Assembly (NCBI GenBank): GCA_964016885.1
Contig: OZ024742.1
Location: forward strand, 144,398,001 to 144,462,000
DNA length: 64,000 nucleotides
Source of the DNA: Eledone cirrhosa
Lineage: Eukaryota
Direction: 5' to 3'
Both the position numbers and the translations under genes were made by a program. How positions within the stretch are numbered: the stretch's first letter is position 1; every line of letters begins with the position of its first letter. Below the pieces are notes generated by a model, which was not told the origin of the DNA, did not search any database, and worked only from the letters and a program-made list of their open reading frames with translations. Of the stretch, positions 43,030-55,357 are shown one piece after another.

Positions 43030-43115
43030 CTATACTATACTATATTATACTATACTATACTATACTATACTATACTATACTATACTATACTATACTATAC
43101 TATACTATACTATAC
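43030..43115 (+). repeat. (TATAC)n pentanucleotide microsatellite
   Basis: Direct reading. Confidence 0.95.
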
Positions 43116-43473
43116 GTGGGTAGCTCTGAATAGCTGATTGCTATGCACATAGCAATCATCTGTTCACAGCTAGCCCCGCTCTGTGATTCCTACAATTTTA
43201 TGAAAACTCAAACACACCCATCGCTTCAATCCTTTTCAAATAATTCATGAAGATTTCACAGCTCTAGCATCAATCAGCGTATGAACTTTTCTGCCGACCC
43301 TCATATATATATATATATATATTATATATTTAAAGGTTAAACAAGGTTCAATGAATAAATCAAAGAATGAGTTTTACAATAGATTGGAAGCACTCAACAG
43401 TTATTGGTTTTCCGGAGTTATTAATATTAATTCAAAATATTAACAAAAAATAGACATTCGCGTGATCAAGTAT

Positions 43474-43538
43474 ATTTTATTATACATATTTCAGAGGTAC
43501 TGAGCTATCTTCAACAGTACGTCCTCATCAGATAAAAT
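43474..43538 (-). ncRNA. Minimal hammerhead motif, left arm of A2
   Basis: Reverse complement of 45927-45991. Confidence 0.8.
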
Positions 43539-44129
43539 AAGATGATGCATGACATACCCTGACTTAGTAGATGGTTAAGATTCAGTCATGGTAGTGAATA
43601 AGACAAAACTCAATATTTATATACCTTAAGATTGAGACATGAAAAAATTACATATAATACAGAGGGTTAAAAGACAAAAATTTTAAATACTCGATTTCTC
43701 GGTCGAAGCTGTGTAATAGTCGAATCTACTTGAATTCTTCAATATCACCTTACTGCAATATTTTTACTATGGAGACCCTATTAATAATTCCTAATTATGA
43801 AAATTTAATTAACAAAAAAAGTGAATTATTCTCAAATTGCCTACATAAAGCTTCTTCTACATTCCAAGCCTCGCAAAAAGTTAGGAAAAAACACTGAATT
43901 AATAAGTTCTAATTTTTGACGTTTCTTATCAACTGAGTGCCTAAAATGTTATAACAGATTATCAAACCTTATAATAATTTTTATTCATTTACGATATGAT
44001 TAATCTTAGATTAAGGGTTCTATATAAATATATAAACATATAGACTATTAACATGATCTCTTGATGAATATGCATATCATTTGATTGTGTAAGTACATTT
44101 AATTTGGTCAGGATTTTTGTATTTTTTTA

Positions 44130-45210
44130 AAATATATAGCTTATATGGTTGACAGTGACAAGGAACCGTAAACCATTCATGTATTTATTCATTTGGAGTA
44201 TGTTGGTTTTAAGATTCAGGATGTTTGATTTATATATTTATATATATTTATGGTATATGGGTCGCACACGATCCTAATCGACAAACTTTTCCCACTTAAC
44301 TTGATGTAAAACTTCAATTATAACTTTATTAACAATAATTGTATTTATTATTTATTATATGTATATAGATCACTAATATAGTCTTGAGTTTTGAACAGAT
44401 TACTCTGTATGTATTTAGACAAATGTGTATATCTAGTTTAATAACATACTTCTAGCTACATTTATAAGTGCCTTAGATACTTAAGGACATCCTAGTGTTA
44501 TAATTGTTAAATATTTTCTAAATTATATAACGATTATTATTTTTTAATATAATTAAATTCGGGTTACCTTCGGGTCGATGAAAATCTTAAGTCTTCTATT
44601 TCTCATGTTTGCAGCCACTTTAAATATGATATTATACTATAATATAGATCCTTAAAAATGTTCTTGTATTTTAAATTATATAGCTTAGATATTTGGCACT
44701 TATAGGATCGCAAACCATTTATTTATTTATTTGGAATCTGGTTCTTATCTTTTATGATTCATGAAGTTTGACTTGTATATTTATAGTATATATGTATTAC
44801 TTGATCCTAATATAATAATTGATGTAAAACCTTAATTTTAACAATAATAACAGTAACTTATTTATTATATTATATTATGTTATATATAACTGACTAATAT
44901 CGTCTTGAACTTTAGACAATATACTCATTGTATAAATTTAGACAAATGTGTATATCTAGTTTAATAATACCCTTTTAAAGTATAATTATAAGGCCTTTGG
45001 ATACTTTAGGGCATTCTAATTGTTAACTTTAAATTTTTAAAGTTATAACTGTAATTACTTTCTAAATTATATAATGATTATTATTTTTTAATATAAAATC
45101 TCTTTAATATAAAAAAAAAATTTAATATAATTTAATATGGATTACTTTCGGGATGAAGAAAATATTAAGTCTCTTCTTTCTTATGTTTGCAAATACTTTA
45201 AATATAATAT
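44130..45210 (+). repeat. Diverged ~525-bp tandem duplication inside A2
   Basis: tttagacaaatgtgtatatctagtttaataa at about 44414 and 44937; several other collinear blocks. Confidence 0.75.
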
Positions 45211-45926
45211 TATAAATTAAATACTATAGTATACTTTAATATAAATACTTATAAATTTGTATAGCCTGAAATATTATACCTTTAGATTAATTCCTTATTC
45301 TGAACTAACATAAATGATTCGAAATTTAACGGTCATCCGGATACGTTTGGATATATATAATATATATATTTGATTAATAGTATATTTCTAATTAACTTAA
45401 GGACTCGAAATTAAACCCTCATATAATTACACCCAGATATATTTAATATTTAGATTGATTGATTATTTCTAGATAATTCAAAGATTCGAAATTACTCTTT
45501 CACAAAGCTATGCCCAAATGTATATTTATTTATTTATTTATATATATATATTTGCATCATCTAATTATCCACGACAATACAAATCTCCCTCCCTATGCTT
45601 TATACTATAAAATTTATTCCTACTTGTCTCTCTATCCTTGATCAATTCTCTTTTGCTTTCTATACTTCTAGTAATTATCTTTTTTATCATCTGTTTCTCT
45701 CTGTCTTTCTTCTTTCTTCAATAATTTAAATTATTTGAATCTCTAACAGTTATGTAAATTGGTATTATGTATTTTTAAGCTTTCTCACACGCACCCTCTG
45801 TATTATATGTAATTTTTTCATGTCTCAATCTTAAGGTATATAAATATTGAGTTTTGTTATATCTTATTCACTACCATGACTGAATCTTAACCATCTACTA
45901 AGTCAGGGTATGTCATGCATCATCTT

Positions 45927-45991
45927 ATTTTATCTGATGAGGACGTACTGTTGAAGATAGCTCAGTACCTCTGAAATATGTATAATAAAAT
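45927..45991 (+). ncRNA. Minimal hammerhead motif, right arm of A2
   Basis: attttat-CTGATGA-ggac gtactg..cagtac ctct-GAAA-tatgta-TA-ataaaat. Confidence 0.8.
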
Positions 45992-46037
45992 ATACTTGAT
46001 CACACGAATGACTATTTTTTGTTAATATTTTTAATTA

Positions 46038-46096
<59 letters not shown>

Positions 46097-47499
46097 CATC
46101 AATATATATTTATGTCTTTTTCAGTAGTATATCAGTCAAGAAAAGAGACATTGTCGTGAAAGCTGATAAACCGGTGCTTTCGAATAATACCGCATATGGT
46201 ATTTGTTCTGTCTCGAGTTGCACAGACAATCTCTTGCCACTCACACCATTGATTGGTCCATGGGAAACATAACTAACGATTCTATAGTCAACAAATTGTG
46301 ATATAAAATAAAACCATACAAACCACAGCAGGCTAATATCAACCATAAACTTCCATTTCTGGAATTGAACGAGGAATATTCTATGAAGATTTTAACGAAC
46401 TCGCTACACACATAGTCTCCTTGCTCTTGTTAATATCTAAATGGCAACAGCGAACGGATTTCAGTTTAAAATGAAAGCCTGCATAAAAAAATTGCTAAAG
46501 CGTGATCTCAATATATTAGCTACAAAAATACCTAAAACTAAACGAGTCTTTGTAAACAATAGCTGCTTCTAACCGCCTGTAGGGAAGAAAATTAAAAATG
46601 TTCACCAATAAAAGGTTTCACAATAGAAAAGTAGAATTTAAAAAAAAAAGCACTAAAAGACAGAAAAACAGAATCTAAATACTATCGTGAATACACAAAC
46701 CGATAACATAAATAGCAGCCAGAAAATATATTTAAAAAGCTAATTTCTTCAATGTAACCTAAAAGTCGACGACTTTTACTATCAACAGGATTAAAACTTA
46801 TATGTCACGGAAATAAGGCGGTGTCGGAAAGAATGCTTTGCGGCATTCGTTCGCCTCTCTGATCTCCGAGTTCGCATTCTGCTTTGGGATAATATTCCCT
46901 TTGATACTTTTGAGTCGATATATATAGAACAAGTTCAGTCCAGTCCAGTTCAATCCAGTACTAAGGTCGGTTTTCCCTCCATTCTCGGATAGTGCGCCGC
47001 CAAGATTAAATATCCTAAAACACCCTATATTTCACGATGACACCCATGTCATCCTATCAAGGGTTGAATGCTCGAGCGAGAAGAATTAATGGCTTCAACT
47101 TTTCTATTGCTAAAATACTTTATCTAATAGAGTGGTATTTACCTAATAGATTGCCAAAAAGATGCTTTTCATCTTTTTGGCAATCTATTAGATAAAATAC
47201 CAGTGGTGCACCGGTTCTGATTTAATCCACTATTCTTCAAACAACAGATTATGGCTGGTAATTCTGAATGGCTCTTCTCGGTGCTCATGATTGTTCTTTG
47301 CCTGCAATACAGATCAGGTTTTACCCTAAGCATGTAAATCCAATTTAGGGAAATAATTTTGAATTCATTGAAATGATCTCCCTTTTTGTTAAGAGTTACT
47401 AACAGTTACCGTTAAGCTTTCTCTTTCTCCATGAGAGAAATTTCATTTAATTACGAATATTTTTTACGTACAGTATTCAATACACCACTCTATAACATA

Positions 47500-47860
47500 T
47501 TCAAACTCATGCTATTGGCCTGTTTATGACATGAGTGACATCTTCGATATCAATTTTGCTGAGTTTACATTTGTTGTCACATTTAGTTGTTTTGCCTGCA
47601 TCCCCTCTCTCTTGTGAATCAGGTATTTTGTATTGACTGCCTGTTCTTGGATTGTAAAACATATCATTCAAAGTGAGAACCAATATAGTGATTGTTGGTC
47701 CAAGATAGACTACTTTGCTTAGCTATATTACTCTTATATATATATAGTGTTAGGACAGGCACAGCACTGTGAGCTGTTTTATTGAGCGCAGAGATTTCAG
47801 ATGACCAGATTTTTCTTAATCGGGTGTAATTATTCCCTGGTTACGCGTCCCTTGTTACAA
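47500..47860 (-). mobile_element. Internally deleted Dong fragments next to (TATG)n
   Basis: Matches 23560-23800 and 24217-24340. Confidence 0.75.
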
Positions 47861-47875
47861 ATACAAATAGAAATG

Positions 47876-47909
<34 letters not shown>

Positions 47910-49356
47910 TGTACTTGTTTTGGTGAGATTTGCGAAATTATACATTTCACAAATTAATGATGACCTAACTAAAATTAACTTCATCTTTTCTTCCAGCCAG
48001 TCATAGGTACCTTGGAAAGAAAATCAATCTTATACCAGTAACAAGTTCACAAATTTGCAAGGAAGGGACATAAGTGATTGGATTGATTCAAATAGTTTCA
48101 GGTATAAATGATTTTTTTTCTAGTAAAAAATCAGGCTTAATTGATCAAGCTTATGTTCATTATAATTCCGGCTATTTTTGTACATCTACAACCGCATAGT
48201 CTGTTTTGTTTCTAAGACGATAGGATGTGATTTAAGGAAAGTTTTACTGCTGTTTCTAGTATTTCCATCGACCTCGTAGATGCTTCTCCATTGATTTATA
48301 TTTATTTTGATTTTGTAAATTCTTATTGATATGAAAAGCAAAGTTTTCTCTAGCAAAGTTTAACACCAGAATATTGAGGAACGGAGTTAATACCTGACAA
48401 GGCAGCGACACGCCATATTATTTTTATCACCTGTAAATAATTCCGGTTCTCTGTGCACCGATGTCAAATCCCGACAAGGTCAACTTTGCCTCCCCGGTCC
48501 AGGATGTTGGAACGTCGTTAGAACGTCGTTAGAACGTCGTTAGAACGTCGGACGCGATGCGTTGCGGAATATGTTTAGAGATATTTTTTGTGTATTCTCA
48601 GTTCAAATCCCACCGTGGCCTACTTGTGTGGAAGATCTAATCCGTCGGCCGGTTTGACACCACCACTTTGCCTTTAGTGAATTCAACTCTGTTGCAAGCA
48701 TTTGGGCTAAGTCTCCGATTTGAGGTTACATTCCTCCCTCTTACCAGTCTCGGAAATCCTGAAAAGTGTCGTGGGAACTGCCCTTCTCTCTTTTACTAAA
48801 CAGTAAAAGAAAAAGAAAATAATTTTTTCATCTGTGTGCCAAACTCTAGTTTGAAGCGGTCCGTATAAGCTTTCGACAGTAGTTTAATTATAGTTACTTA
48901 AAATAGCTTACCTATAGTGCAATCGATCGATCAGCCAACAAATCGATCAGTCAATCAATCAAGCAAGCAAGTAAGCACAAACAATCAATATTTCATTTGA
49001 CACCCACAGATAAATAGAATCGGTTGCTTGAATTTGTATAAGCAAAGGTTGTTGTTTCTGTTGTTATTGTTCTTGTTGTGGTTTTTGTTTGCAAACTTAT
49101 GTTCAAAAGACATTCCAACCGTGACCAACATCTCAACTTTTAAAGAGATATTTAGAACTACGAATATCTAATGTATTCTTTAAAACGGCAAACTAATATT
49201 TCGGTGACATTTGGCTGCTAGTTTAGTAGGTCAAGTGACTATGTAAAAGTTCCTCTCTTCGCACACGTAAGCAAAGGTGTCTGAGGGAAGGAAAACTGAA
49301 AAAGATACGTATGTTTGTTTACATACGTGTGTATTATGTACTGAAAACCTTATAAT

Positions 49357-49750
49357 AATTGTTTCTACTTTTGGCACAAGGCCAGCAATTATCCCAGTCT
49401 ATTACTGGTGCTTTATTTTATCGACCCCGTAAGGATGAAAGGAAAAGTTAACCTCGGCAGGATTTGAACTCAGACCATAAAGCGCCGTAACTCTTTGCTG
49501 CAAAGCATGGCATCCGACCCTCTACCGATACTGCCATGGTACCTGGTTTCTACTGTAGGCCAACCATTTTTTTGGGGTGGGTGGGGGGAGTCGATTACAT
49601 TGACCCCCAGTACATTACTGGTACTTTATTTACCATTCTCGTAAGGATGAAAGGCAAAGCTAACCTAGACGGGATTTGAACTCAGAACATAAAGGGACGT
49701 AACTCTATGCTGCTAAACATGTCCGACACTCTATCTTTTCTGCCATTCCA
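49357..49750 (-). mobile_element. Two tandem Nin-domain SINE copies
   Basis: Copies at about 49357-49535 and 49545-49750. Confidence 0.85.
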
Positions 49751-50286
49751 AATAATAACCAGCCGGTTGGATTCAGCCATTTGACAGTGTGCCCGACTAG
49801 ACGCTTTACAATATCTACGTTCATCGCAGTCTTACTGAAAAGCAACTGCAATGTAAATGAAAATAATATTAATAATAAAAGTACTTCATGGAGATGGACT
49901 TATATATTCTCTACACAAGCTCTGAAACTGTTTAATGACAACGCATAAGAAGTGTAGTTAATTTTATCAAGGGTAAACGCGCTAACTTAAGAAAAACAAA
50001 CGCGTTAAAAAGCGCCATTGATTCTTTAAAAGACACTAAAAACGCATTAAGATGAAACATCTAAAAAAAATTTAAATATAGGGCGAGAATTGGCTAGGTG
50101 GCAAATATTGCCGTTAAGTTGTTTAAAATAGATTTTAAAAAGTCTGTAATCGATTTACTTTGAAAAACAGTTATAAGTCTCCTTAATTTTGTACTCTAAA
50201 TGCTAAGAGAAGTGATCGGCAAATAATATCAGCAATGGATAGACGTATACAAACATTGCTTTCTTGTTCCCATTTGACGATCGGCT

Positions 50287-50406
<120 letters not shown>

Positions 50407-50472
50407 TATATATATAATATATATATAATATATATTATATATATAATATATATAATATATATAATATATATA

Positions 50473-50513
<41 letters not shown>

Positions 50514-50515
<2 letters not shown>

Positions 50516-51174
50516 CGGAGGAAATGTGGTAAGGAACCAGGTGGACCATAACGCACCAAAGTACTCAATACTTAAGGTAGTAGAGTGGGTAATAGGAACG
50601 AGTAGGACCCCGACGGCTGAGCTCAAGCCGTTTCGACGGCTAATTCTGGACTAAATGAAAATTTTTATCCTGGTATTTGAATAGCCGAGCTTCTCAAGGG
50701 GGTAATTCCATATATGGTAAAAGTGATTGTCACGAGGATTGGTCAAAAGTTTGTTGTTGAGACATAATAATTCTATGATGGCAATTTGTGGAGGGAAGGG
50801 GTAGCTGAACCTGCCAGTAGGAGAAAGAGGGAGAGGGGGTGGAGGAGACCCAGTCATGCGTTGATATTGCCGACTACAGCTGGGCATGAGGTCAAAGAAG
50901 ATACTAGGGAGGTGGAGGGGGAGGAAGTCGAAACAATTAGTAAAACAGTATGGGGTAAATATATAGAAAAATACCGAGAGTGTTAAAAAGCAATTAAATG
51001 TAAAAAAAAAACAAAAAAAAAAAACAGATAAACAATTTCTGGTTACTACGACCTAAGTCTTTCACTGGTACTGCTAGGCTAAAGAAAGGTTTACTAGGTG
51101 GGACGGAATTTTCATTTAGTCCAGAATTAGCCGTCGAAACGGCTTGAGCTCAGCCGTCGGGGTCCTACTCGTTC
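50514..51174. mobile_element. (TA)n-flanked fold-back element (family D)
   Basis: IR 50596-50663/51107-51174; tail 50514-50595 is shared with the 7001-7151 element. Confidence 0.85.
50607..50703 (-). ncRNA. Variant-core hammerhead-like motif (family D)
   Basis: Minus acccc-CTTGAGAAG-ct cggcta..tagccg tc-GAAA-cggct tgagctc agccg-TC-ggggt; three stems pair but the core is non-canonical. Confidence 0.55.
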
Positions 51175-51189
51175 ATATATATATATATA

Positions 51190-51703
51190 GTTAAAAGAAT
51201 AGAGGTGTAACACACAAGTTATTATATATTGGTAAACGGAATAGAAAATGCTGACAAATTGTTCACAGTTGAAAAATGGTTTAATTAGGAATAAAAGAGT
51301 ATTAGTGATTGTATGGGTTAGTATTCAGTTGTGGTTTTAAGTTTTTAAGTTTTTACCGGTTGCGCATTTCTAAATGCTTTTCAAAAATAATTTTGAGATA
51401 GAGTGTCCGTGCTGTTTGCTCTGATCTGATTAGTTTTGGGAATTCTACCTGTTTTTATGTTAAAAAAGTGGCTCCAACGTTACTTTGGTGTTGCAAAATT
51501 TCTTGTGGTCAAAACAATTTTGATTGGTCGGTAGAGGTCATGTGAGTGTAAAAAATTGATTTTGCGCCAAGACTGTTTTTATGTTAAAAAAGTGGCTCCA
51601 GCAACAATTCTTGTGGTCAAAACAATTTTGATTGGTCGGTCGAGGTCATGTGAATAAAAAATAGGTTTTGCGCCAAGATTGAGAAATGACTCTTTCACAA
51701 CAA

Positions 51704-51796
<93 letters not shown>

Positions 51797-51805
51797 TGTG
51801 TGTGT

Positions 51806-51843
<38 letters not shown>

Positions 51844-51915
51844 TAGTAGTAGTAGTAAGGTGTTCGATGTTGTGATAATGGTTAGCAGCGATGTGTGTCA
51901 AATGGCTATTGAGAT

Positions 51916-52000
<85 letters not shown>

Positions 52001-52175
52001 GCAGAGTAATTCGTGGTGGCAGGGATGGTCAGTAAGAATGTGTCTGAAAGCAATGGGGGGTATTTTAGCATGTCAAAAGATATTTTTCAGCTTTTGTCTT
52101 ATACGGAGAAGTGCGTGTGTGTGTGTGTATATAAGTCTCTTTGTATGTTGATGTACGCGTGTGTATGTGTGTGTG

Positions 52176-52213
<38 letters not shown>

Positions 52214-52944
52214 GACCAGTATTTTTTTTCTCCTGGTAAAATGGTGTACATTATTCGATTTTTTCAGTAAAATCGGTTCTCTTAATAGAACATCAAAAAT
52301 CTTAACAATAAAAGGTGTGAAATGATATTCACTATATATATATACACACATACATATATTCACCATATACATATATATATATACATATATACACATATAT
52401 ACACACATATATGCACATATATTTTTTTGTGTTGCACCATAGAGCATGTGTGTTTACGTATGTCATTGTGTTTGTATGTGGGTAGAGATGTGTGCTGATG
52501 TAGGTATGTATGTTGACGTGTGTATGTTGTGGGTTCGTCTTAGGGAGAAGTGTTTAGACGGGGTCCGTATTTGTTAATGAAGTAAGATTCCTTGCTGATG
52601 CGCTGGGTGTGGGTGGCATTATCTTTAAATTTGTAGAGGGGAAAGATTCTGAAGTTGGGATGATTTTGGGCGGCACAGGTATCAATGTGTTCACTCAGTG
52701 GTATTTTCCTGTATTCCCGTATTTTAATTAGGGGAAAATACTGGTCCCCCCCACACACACATATATACACACACACACATACACACGCGTACATCAACAT
52801 ACAAAGAGACTTATATACACACACACACACGCACTTCTCCGTATAAGACAAAAGCTGAAAAATATCTTTTGACATGCTAAAATACCCCCCATTGCTTTCA
52901 GACACATTCTTACTGACCATCCCTGCCACCACGAATTACTCTGC

Positions 52945-52987
<43 letters not shown>

Positions 52988-53564
52988 ATCTCAATAGCCA
53001 TTTGACACACATCGCTGCTAACCATTATCACAACATCGAACACCTTACTACTACTACTACTACCCCCCCCCCCCCACACATATTTGTTGTGAAAGAGTCA
53101 TTTCTCAATCTTGGCGCAAAACCAATTTTTTATTCACATGACCTCTACCGACCAATCAAAATTGTTTTGACCACAAGAATTGTTGCTGGAGCCACTTTTT
53201 TAACATAAAAACAGTCTTGGCGCAAAATCAATTTTTTACACTCACATGACCTCTACCGACCAATCAAAATTGTTTTGACCACAAGAAATTTTGCAACACC
53301 AAAGTAACGTTGGAGCCACTTTTTTAACATAAAAACAGGTAGAATTCCCAAAACTAATCAGATCAGAGCAAACAGCACGGACACTCTATCTCAAAATTAT
53401 TTTTGAAAAGCATTTAGAAATGCGCAACCGGTAAAAACTTAAAAACTTAAAACCACAACTGAATACTAACCCATACAATCACTAATACTCTTTTATTCCT
53501 AATTAAACCATTTTTCAACTGTGAACAATTTGTCAGCATTTTCTATTCCGTTTACCAATATATA
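51190..53564 (-). mobile_element. 5'-truncated Penelope-like (Neptune-like) element with ~0.8-1 kb inverted arms
   Basis: IR 51223-52225/52735-53564; minus 52540-52730 encodes the GIY-YIG C-terminus IPLSEHIDTC..FRIFPLYK..RISKESYFINKYGPRLN*; (TA)n on both sides. Confidence 0.85.
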
Positions 53565-53582
53565 TATATATATATATATATA

Positions 53583-53618
<36 letters not shown>

Positions 53619-54109
53619 TTCAGCGAGATCGTATTTCGGTGGTGGCCAAAAGTTGTAAGCTTTTGGTATAACGATCGAACAAGGTTGCCATTTCGTCAAC
53701 AGGCATTTTGTTCTCACCCGGCCAGCGGGTTCCAATGCAGTAGTAAACTACCCCACGTGTTTACCCTGCAAGGGAAGTAACCCGGGTTTTTGGCGGATGC
53801 ATTCAGAATGTGTAAAATCATTTCAAGAATTGCAAAAAAACTGCACAAATCGAAGTAAGCTCTCGACTGGGTTGTTTTAAAATAAACTTAAGCAATTAAT
53901 TAGTCAATAGAATTGTCTAATAGAATTAATTAATTAATTACTAGGCCCGGGAGATTAATACAAATATAGATGTTTGTCATCTTTGTTAACTTGTATGTTT
54001 TTGCTTTCTCTGTCCGATCATTATTTTCCGACTTTGCCTGAAACTAGTGAATATTTTTACGAATACTGTTTAATTCAAATATCAGGAAAAATTTAAGTAT
54101 GTATGTATG

Positions 54110-54655
54110 TTTATCAGGTCGCTCTTCAGCGTTACTGGTTACATGTAACCCAGTACAACCTGTACATGGTCGGGTCGCCGGCAACTAAACCGGCAACCCC
54201 ACCAAGCTTGCTTGGCGAGGAGGGTGATATTGGACACTCTGCGGGATGAAAAAACAAAACCTGTCAAAGAGCAGAGGAACTCAGGAGAGTCAAGGGCCAC
54301 CCATAAAGATATTTTTTTTTTGTGACGCGGGCGACTCCTAGTTTTTATTAAGACATCTCCCTAGGAAAAGTTCACTCTGATACAAAACCTGCGACTTCGT
54401 TTGCATTCAATTATGTAGACCAGTTCTTTTTGCAAAAATGCTTTCGATGTTCAGAGGGTGATGTTGGCCACATGCAAAGACTTTCCTCACTTAAAAAAGC
54501 ATCAAGCACAGGCATCGATTCAAATGTGACACTTTTTGCGATGCCTGGCTAGCTATAGGCAAGTCTCTAGCGGGACTAAAAAGCCACGTCCGTGATGCTC
54601 ATGCTTAAGTATCTAGCAATGTCATTACTCGAAATCGAGTTGCAGCCATCATCAT
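54110..54655 (+). mobile_element. Bipartite RTE-derived non-autonomous element, copy 1
   Basis: Shared 5' block ccagtacaacctg..ggtcgggtcg..aaaacctgtcaaa; 3' KSLAGLKSH remnant, hairpin actcg/cgagt, (TATG)n tail. Confidence 0.6.
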
Positions 54656-54734
54656 GTATGTATGTATGTATGTATGTATGTATGTATGTATGTATGTATG
54701 TATGTATGTATGTATGTATGTATGTATGTATGTT

Positions 54735-55335
54735 ATGTCAGGTCACTCTTGAGTGCTACTGGTAACATGTAACCAGTACAACCTGTCGCATGGTCGGGTC
54801 GTCGGCGACTAAACCGGCAACCGCACCAAGTTTACTTGGTGGGGAGGGTGATTTTGTACACCCTGCAGGACAAAAAACAAAACCTGACAAAGGGTAGAAG
54901 AACTCATAAGAACTCAACGGCCATCCAAAAATTCGTATGTGTATACATATATACATGTGTATATATATGTATATATGTGTACATTTGTATGCAAATGTAT
55001 ATATATGCGCGGGGCCATAGAAATAATCGGGCTGGATACCCGATCGCGCCGTTAAACCACTGGGAGTGAAGGACCCCTAGCCTTTGTCAGGACATTCCTC
55101 TAGGAGAAGGCAACTCAGGAAACTGGGAGAACTCCGACATAAAACCTTCAGCTCAGTAGTTACCGATGATGTTGATCTTTTCTTCTTTTCGGGTTATAGC
55201 TACAGTCGCTCAGAGAGTGGGATTGGCTCAGTGCACAGTCTAACCTCACTTTAAAAACAATCTTCACGCGCAGACATTGTACGGTAGCATTAATTAATAG
55301 TTATTAATAATGTTACATCGTGCAGCCATAATCAT
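54735..55335 (+). mobile_element. Bipartite RTE-derived element, copy 2
   Basis: Same 5' block; ends tgcagccataatc then (ATGT)n. Confidence 0.6.
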
Positions 55336-55357
55336 GTATGTATGTATGTATGTATGT

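Larger units (their letters stand above)
43330..46041. mobile_element. Non-coding fold-back element (family A2) with ~245-bp inverted arms and hammerheads
   Basis: IR 43424-43667/45793-46041; tail 43330-43423; (TA)n on both sides; ORF-less AT-rich body. Confidence 0.88.

Noticed and set aside
46110-46346. 78-aa ORF with hydrophobic start and faint GxxLSVxL likeness to exon 1 of the 3.3-kb gene
   Set aside because: Similarity is too short and I found no compatible downstream exons; it needs RNA-seq.
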